A DNA stretch of 64,000 nucleotides, taken from positions 35,232,001-35,296,000 of the forward strand of contig CP068257.2 of the NCBI GenBank assembly GCA_009914755.4, in the 5' to 3' direction. Below, piece by piece: positions 59,117 through 64,000 of this stretch. The stretch's first letter is position 1. Every line of letters starts with the position of its first letter. This DNA is from the human T2T-CHM13v2.0 reference genome, Homo sapiens. Below the pieces are notes generated by a model. That model made no database searches. It was given only the letters and a program-made list of their open reading frames with translations, and was not told the DNA's origin. A program made the position numbers and the translations under genes.

Positions 59117-59401
59117 GGCAGTGGCTCACGCCTGTAATCCTAGCACTTTGGGAGGCTGAGGCGGGCGGATCACAAGGTCAGGAGATCGAGACCATCCTGG
59201 CTAACACGGTGAAACTCCACCTCTACCAAAAAAAGACAAAAAATTAGCCGGGCGTGGTGGCAGGTGCCTGTAGTCCCAGCTACTGAGGGAGACTGAGGCA
59301 GCAGAATGGCATGAACCTCGGAAGCGGAGTTTGCAGTGAGCCTAGATCGCGCCACTGCACTCCAGCCTGGGCAACAGAGCGAGACTCCATCTCAAAAAAA
59401 A
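59117..59401 (+). mobile_element. AluY-like SINE nested in the L1 3'UTR
   Basis: ggcagtggctcacgcctgtaatcctagcactttgggaggctgaggcgggcggatcacaaggtcagg…; TSD g(t)aacaaagg / aaaggtaacaaagg at 59105-59118 and 59403-59416. Confidence 0.95.
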
Positions 59402-59784
59402 GAAAGGTAACAAAGGAATCTTTCGGAATACTGGAAATGTTCTGTGTCTTGATTGTAAAGGTAGTTACATGTAAAACATTTATCAAACTGTACACTAAAA
59501 TGGGTGCATTTTCTTGAATATAAATCATAACTAAATAAAGTTGATTTTTTAAAAAAGCAAACAGCAACAAACCTATGCAACATTAAACAATACTAAGGCC
59601 CAGGAGACTCCATATTCACTAACGTCCAAATAACACCAATATCTCCACTTCTAAAGAGAGTGAATGCTTGAATCTGTATCTAGTGCAAATTCACAGAAGT
59701 GACTACTCTATGGTGGGTAAACATATTGCAGCATCTGCTACAGACAGAGTGCAATTAAGATCAGAAACCCATGTTATACTGTGT

Positions 59785-59945
59785 CTCGCCACTTTATTTA
59801 TTGATTGGAGGCAGCGTCTTGCTTTGTTGCCCAGGCTGGAGTGCAATGACGTGATCATAGATCACTGTAACCTTGAACTCCTGGGCTCAAGCAATCCTCC
59901 CACCTCAGACTCCCAAAGTGCTGGGTTTACAGGTGTGGGCCACAT
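59785..59945 (-). mobile_element. Internally deleted Alu (~160 bp; right-arm end joined to left arm), antisense
   Basis: tttatttattgattggaggcagcgtcttgctttgttgcccaggctggagtgcaatgacgtgatcatagatcactgtaaccttgaactcctgggctcaagcaatcctcccacctcagactcccaaagtgctgggtttacaggtgtgggccac. Confidence 0.8.
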
Positions 59946-60443
59946 CACTTTAGAGCGGTTCCACCCCTGTTACTTGTCTTATCTGCTAAATTTACCCAGC
60001 TAACAAGATTCAGTGTTGAATTCAAAATATTTCTTATGATCTCCATGTATGTTTTGGAGCTTCTTTTCCCAAGAAACACCAAATAATTGATCTTAACCCA
60101 TAAAGGTTTTCTATCTCAGAGACACATTTGCCTCATTGCAAATAATAAGATTAGTTGTGCTTCAGTCATAACATCGTAAGTTGCTAGGCAGCCAGAAGTG
60201 AGTTAATCAGAAAATGAATCATCAAAGACATGGTACGCAATCTCCTTTTATGGGTGTCTCATTCTTAAAACACTTTCAAGGAAGCAGAAGCAAATATTTG
60301 TCTACTCGTATGGAATTTATATGACGCAATCCAATTCTTACTATTGGTATTTGACACGCAAAATACTCACACGCAATTTCATGTTCGCTTGGTGTCTTCA
60401 CTCACAGGACAAAGCCAGATGGCACAGCAAATCTTTATAATCA

Positions 60444-60798
<355 letters not shown>

Positions 60799-61659
60799 CT
60801 AAGGCAGGGATTGATCATCTGACAACCCTTGGGGTGGGCGTTTATTCAGCGTGCCAGTACCAAGCAAAGCAAGGCTCCATGCAGGTTTGCGAAATGCCTG
60901 TCTGGGTGTCTGCGTGTGTGCACCTCCTCACCAGCCTGGTCCCTTATGCGGCAGCTTCTGTCTAGCCACACTGGTCCCCTGTGGTCTAACCAACCCCTGC
61001 CTGACCTGTCCAGGTTCCACGCTGCACGGCACTGCACCCTGGCATGAGTTCCCAAAACTGCTGCTTCCTGCTTCCCACCCTGTGTTCTGCCACTAGCCCC
61101 AAGCACCGGCACACAAAAGCGAACGGCTCTGAAGGGCTTCCACCTTCCAGTGGCTTACTTTGCTGAAACCAGTCCATTTTCACAAACATCCAGGCTGACC
61201 GTCACTTAGGGACACCCTCGGGCCAAAATGAATCTGGAGATGTGGTTTATTTAGCCCACATTTTGAACCAGCTGCAACACTTAAAAATTGAGATATTTCA
61301 TATCAAATTTCCTGCCTCTTTTGAAGCAGCAGCAACTCTTTCCACACAGCAGTAATGGGCTACAGCCAAGTAGCCACCCTCATCCCGTGGAGAACGCGCT
61401 CCAGCTGGCCCTGTGTGTCCCCAGCAGCCAGCTGCACTCTGCGCTGCCTCTCCTGCCCCCTCCCCTGGCCTCTGGGTTAGAGACCACTCGTCTCAGCCCC
61501 AGCAGCAAGCCTGGAACCCATCCAGCCATCCTTCTCTGGGGCCCTGATGATGCGTCCTTCCAGTTAGGTCCATTTTAACTCCCCAGACTGAGTCTAGTGA
61601 CACTGACTCTCAGAACAGAAGGGGACTATTTTGGTAGTTCCTCAAAAAGTTAAACAAGA

Positions 61660-62285
<626 letters not shown>

Positions 62286-63675
62286 TTAAACAGAGAATTA
62301 ATACATGATCCAGCAATTCCACTCCCAGGTATAAACCCGAAAGAACTGACAGCAGGGACCCAGATATGTGTGTGCCAATGATCATGGCAGCATTATTCAC
62401 AACAGCCAAGGCTGGAAATAACCCAGGTGTCCCTCAATAGACAAATGGATAAACAAAATGTGGCATATACAATTAAGGGGATATTATTCAGCCAAAAAAA
62501 AAAAACAAGGTATGAAGTTCTGATACATGTTATAACATGGATGGACCTTGAAAACATTACACTAAGTTAAATAAAAGCCAGACACAAAAGGACAAATATT
62601 GTATGATGTCACTTGTATGAAATATCCAGAATAGGAAAATTCATAAAAATGGAAAGTAGAACAGAGGTTACCAGGAGCCACAGGGAGAGGGGAAGGGGAA
62701 TTATTTATTCACTGTTACAGAGTTTCTATTTAGGACGCTTAAAAAAAAAGTTTTGGAAATATAGAGTGAAAATGGTTGTAAAATAGTGTGGGTGTAATTT
62801 ACACCACTGAATCGGAGACTTAAAGGTGGTTCTAACAGTAAACTTATTTTATATATATTTTATCACATTAAAGAGAGAAAGGGAGAGAGAGAAGGAGTCA
62901 GGATCTCAGTTCCTTTACTCTCACAAAGCTCCCTGTCCTCTATGCAATTAGCCACCCCCCCCAACCCCTGCCATCAATTAGCCCTGCAGACCAGGGGGAG
63001 CAAAGGGACAGCTTGCACAGGCAACCGAGGGGTCTCGCTGTGCTCTCCTCTGGGTCCCTCCTTGCTGTCCCTGAGTATCACTAAGAGAGGCCACTCAAAG
63101 GACCTCTCAGAACAAAAGTCATTTCCAAGGTGACTTTCCACCCACTTCTCCAGCTAAATGATTTTAAGTTCTGCTTAGGCACCCACTTAGCTACAACAAG
63201 AGTATGAAAGCCACCACTTTCTGCACATCCATCCACTGCCAAGCACTGCTGGGTGCTGTGGACCCAAGATCCCCAGTCCTTTCCAGGCGACACCTCTGCA
63301 TCATTAGCACCGTCCACAGCAGAAGAAATGGGACCCCAGACAGCATTAACGACTGCCCAAACCACACAGGCAGTATACCGCAGAGCTGGAATTTGAACCC
63401 ATGAAACCAAATCTGTCTGGCTCCCAAATCCTTGCTCTAATTCCTATCCCACGGTCCTCACAAAGAGACCTACCTAACCCAAAATGCAGCAAATTAGGAA
63501 ATGCCTATTTTCTATAATCAAAATGCTGATGGTATCACAAAGATATAAACTCAATATGCAACTATGAATAAACATAAAATGGATGTGTATGGCTCAGAGC
63601 TGGGGGTGGGGTAGGAGGGAGAAGGGCAGTGGGCAGGGGTGGGAGCAGAGTGTTTGATAAGAAAAACTTCAATTT

Positions 63676-63966
63676 GGCGGGGTGTGGTGGCTCACGCTGT
63701 AATCCCAGCACTTTGGGAGGCCCAGGCAGGCAGATCACCTGAGGCCAGGAGTTTGAGACCAGCCTGGCCAACATCGTGAAACTCCGTCTCTACTAAAAAT
63801 ACAAAAATTAGCAGGGCATGGTGGTGGGTGCCTGTAGTCCCAGCTACTTGGGAAGCTGAGGCAGAAGATTCACTTAAACCCAGGAAGTGAAGGTTGCAGT
63901 GAGCCGAGATGGTGGGCCACTGCAACACTCCAGCCTGGGCAACAAAGACTCCATCTTAAAAAAAAA
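63676..63966 (+). mobile_element. Alu SINE, full length
   Basis: ggcggggtgtggtggctcacgctgtaatcccagcactttgggaggcccaggcagg…; TSD gaaacttcaat / gaaacttgaat at 63661-63673 and 63967-63977. Confidence 0.95.
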
Positions 63967-64000
63967 GAAACTTGAATGTGAACCTTGAAGCTACCACCCA

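Larger units (their letters stand above)
57890..59557 (+). mobile_element. LINE-1 3' end (L1M-like; ORF2 C-terminus + 3'UTR), sense, interrupted by three Alu insertions
   Basis: …gacaaaggacttgtatccggaatataaaaaagaa…aggaaaatgcaaattaaaaccacaattagataccac… | Alus | …ggtgggaatgtaaaatggtacaatgg…ctcctaggtatttacccaaaagaaatgaaaacacatgtccacacaaagacctgtat…catacaatggaatactactcagg… | Alu | …caaactgtacactaaaatgggtgcattttcttgaatataaatcataactaaataaagttgattttttaaaaaag. Confidence 0.7.

Overview
This window is primate (human-type) nuclear genomic DNA, not a prokaryotic locus. I found no operon-like gene arrays, no CRISPR arrays and no bacterial-style genes. About 40 Alu SINE copies are scattered across the 64 kb, roughly 34 of them full length; most still carry poly(A) tails, and many have target-site duplications (TSDs) I could read directly from the sequence. 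Seven LINE-1 segments are present, including one old antisense L1 spanning about 6 kb that carries three Alu insertions and one LTR-like insertion. There are also MaLR-type solo LTRs (THE1/MST/MLT-like), one palindromic MITE-like DNA-transposon relic, a 5S-rRNA-related sequence, and Alu tails that have expanded into microsatellites.

The only convincing protein-coding feature is a single 272-bp minus-strand exon at 47057-47328. It has a polypyrimidine tract plus AG acceptor and a GTAAGG donor. I recognise its translation as the exon that runs into the start of the biotin-protein-ligase domain of holocarboxylase synthetase (HLCS, chr21q22.13). On that basis the window is intronic HLCS sequence plus one exon, with the gene transcribed right to left. 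All other ORFs of 60 aa or more in the supplied track are read-throughs of Alu, L1, LTR or low-complexity sequence.

I see no evidence for a previously undescribed biological system. The second-look items are structural and regulatory. One is a 5S-rRNA-like sequence just 3' of an L1 tail; another is an inverted ~330-bp L1 duplication. Two Alus of different subfamily sit at the identical target site inside an L1. A tight tail-to-tail inverted Alu pair lies near 5.8 kb. A four-copy CAGGAAGY (ETS-type) tandem array sits beside a GC box. An LTR-like insert contains three ~70-bp tandem repeats, and there is a near-perfect palindromic MITE-like element. All coordinates are approximate to within about 5 bp. 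Repeat subfamily names are from memory, not from a RepeatMasker run.
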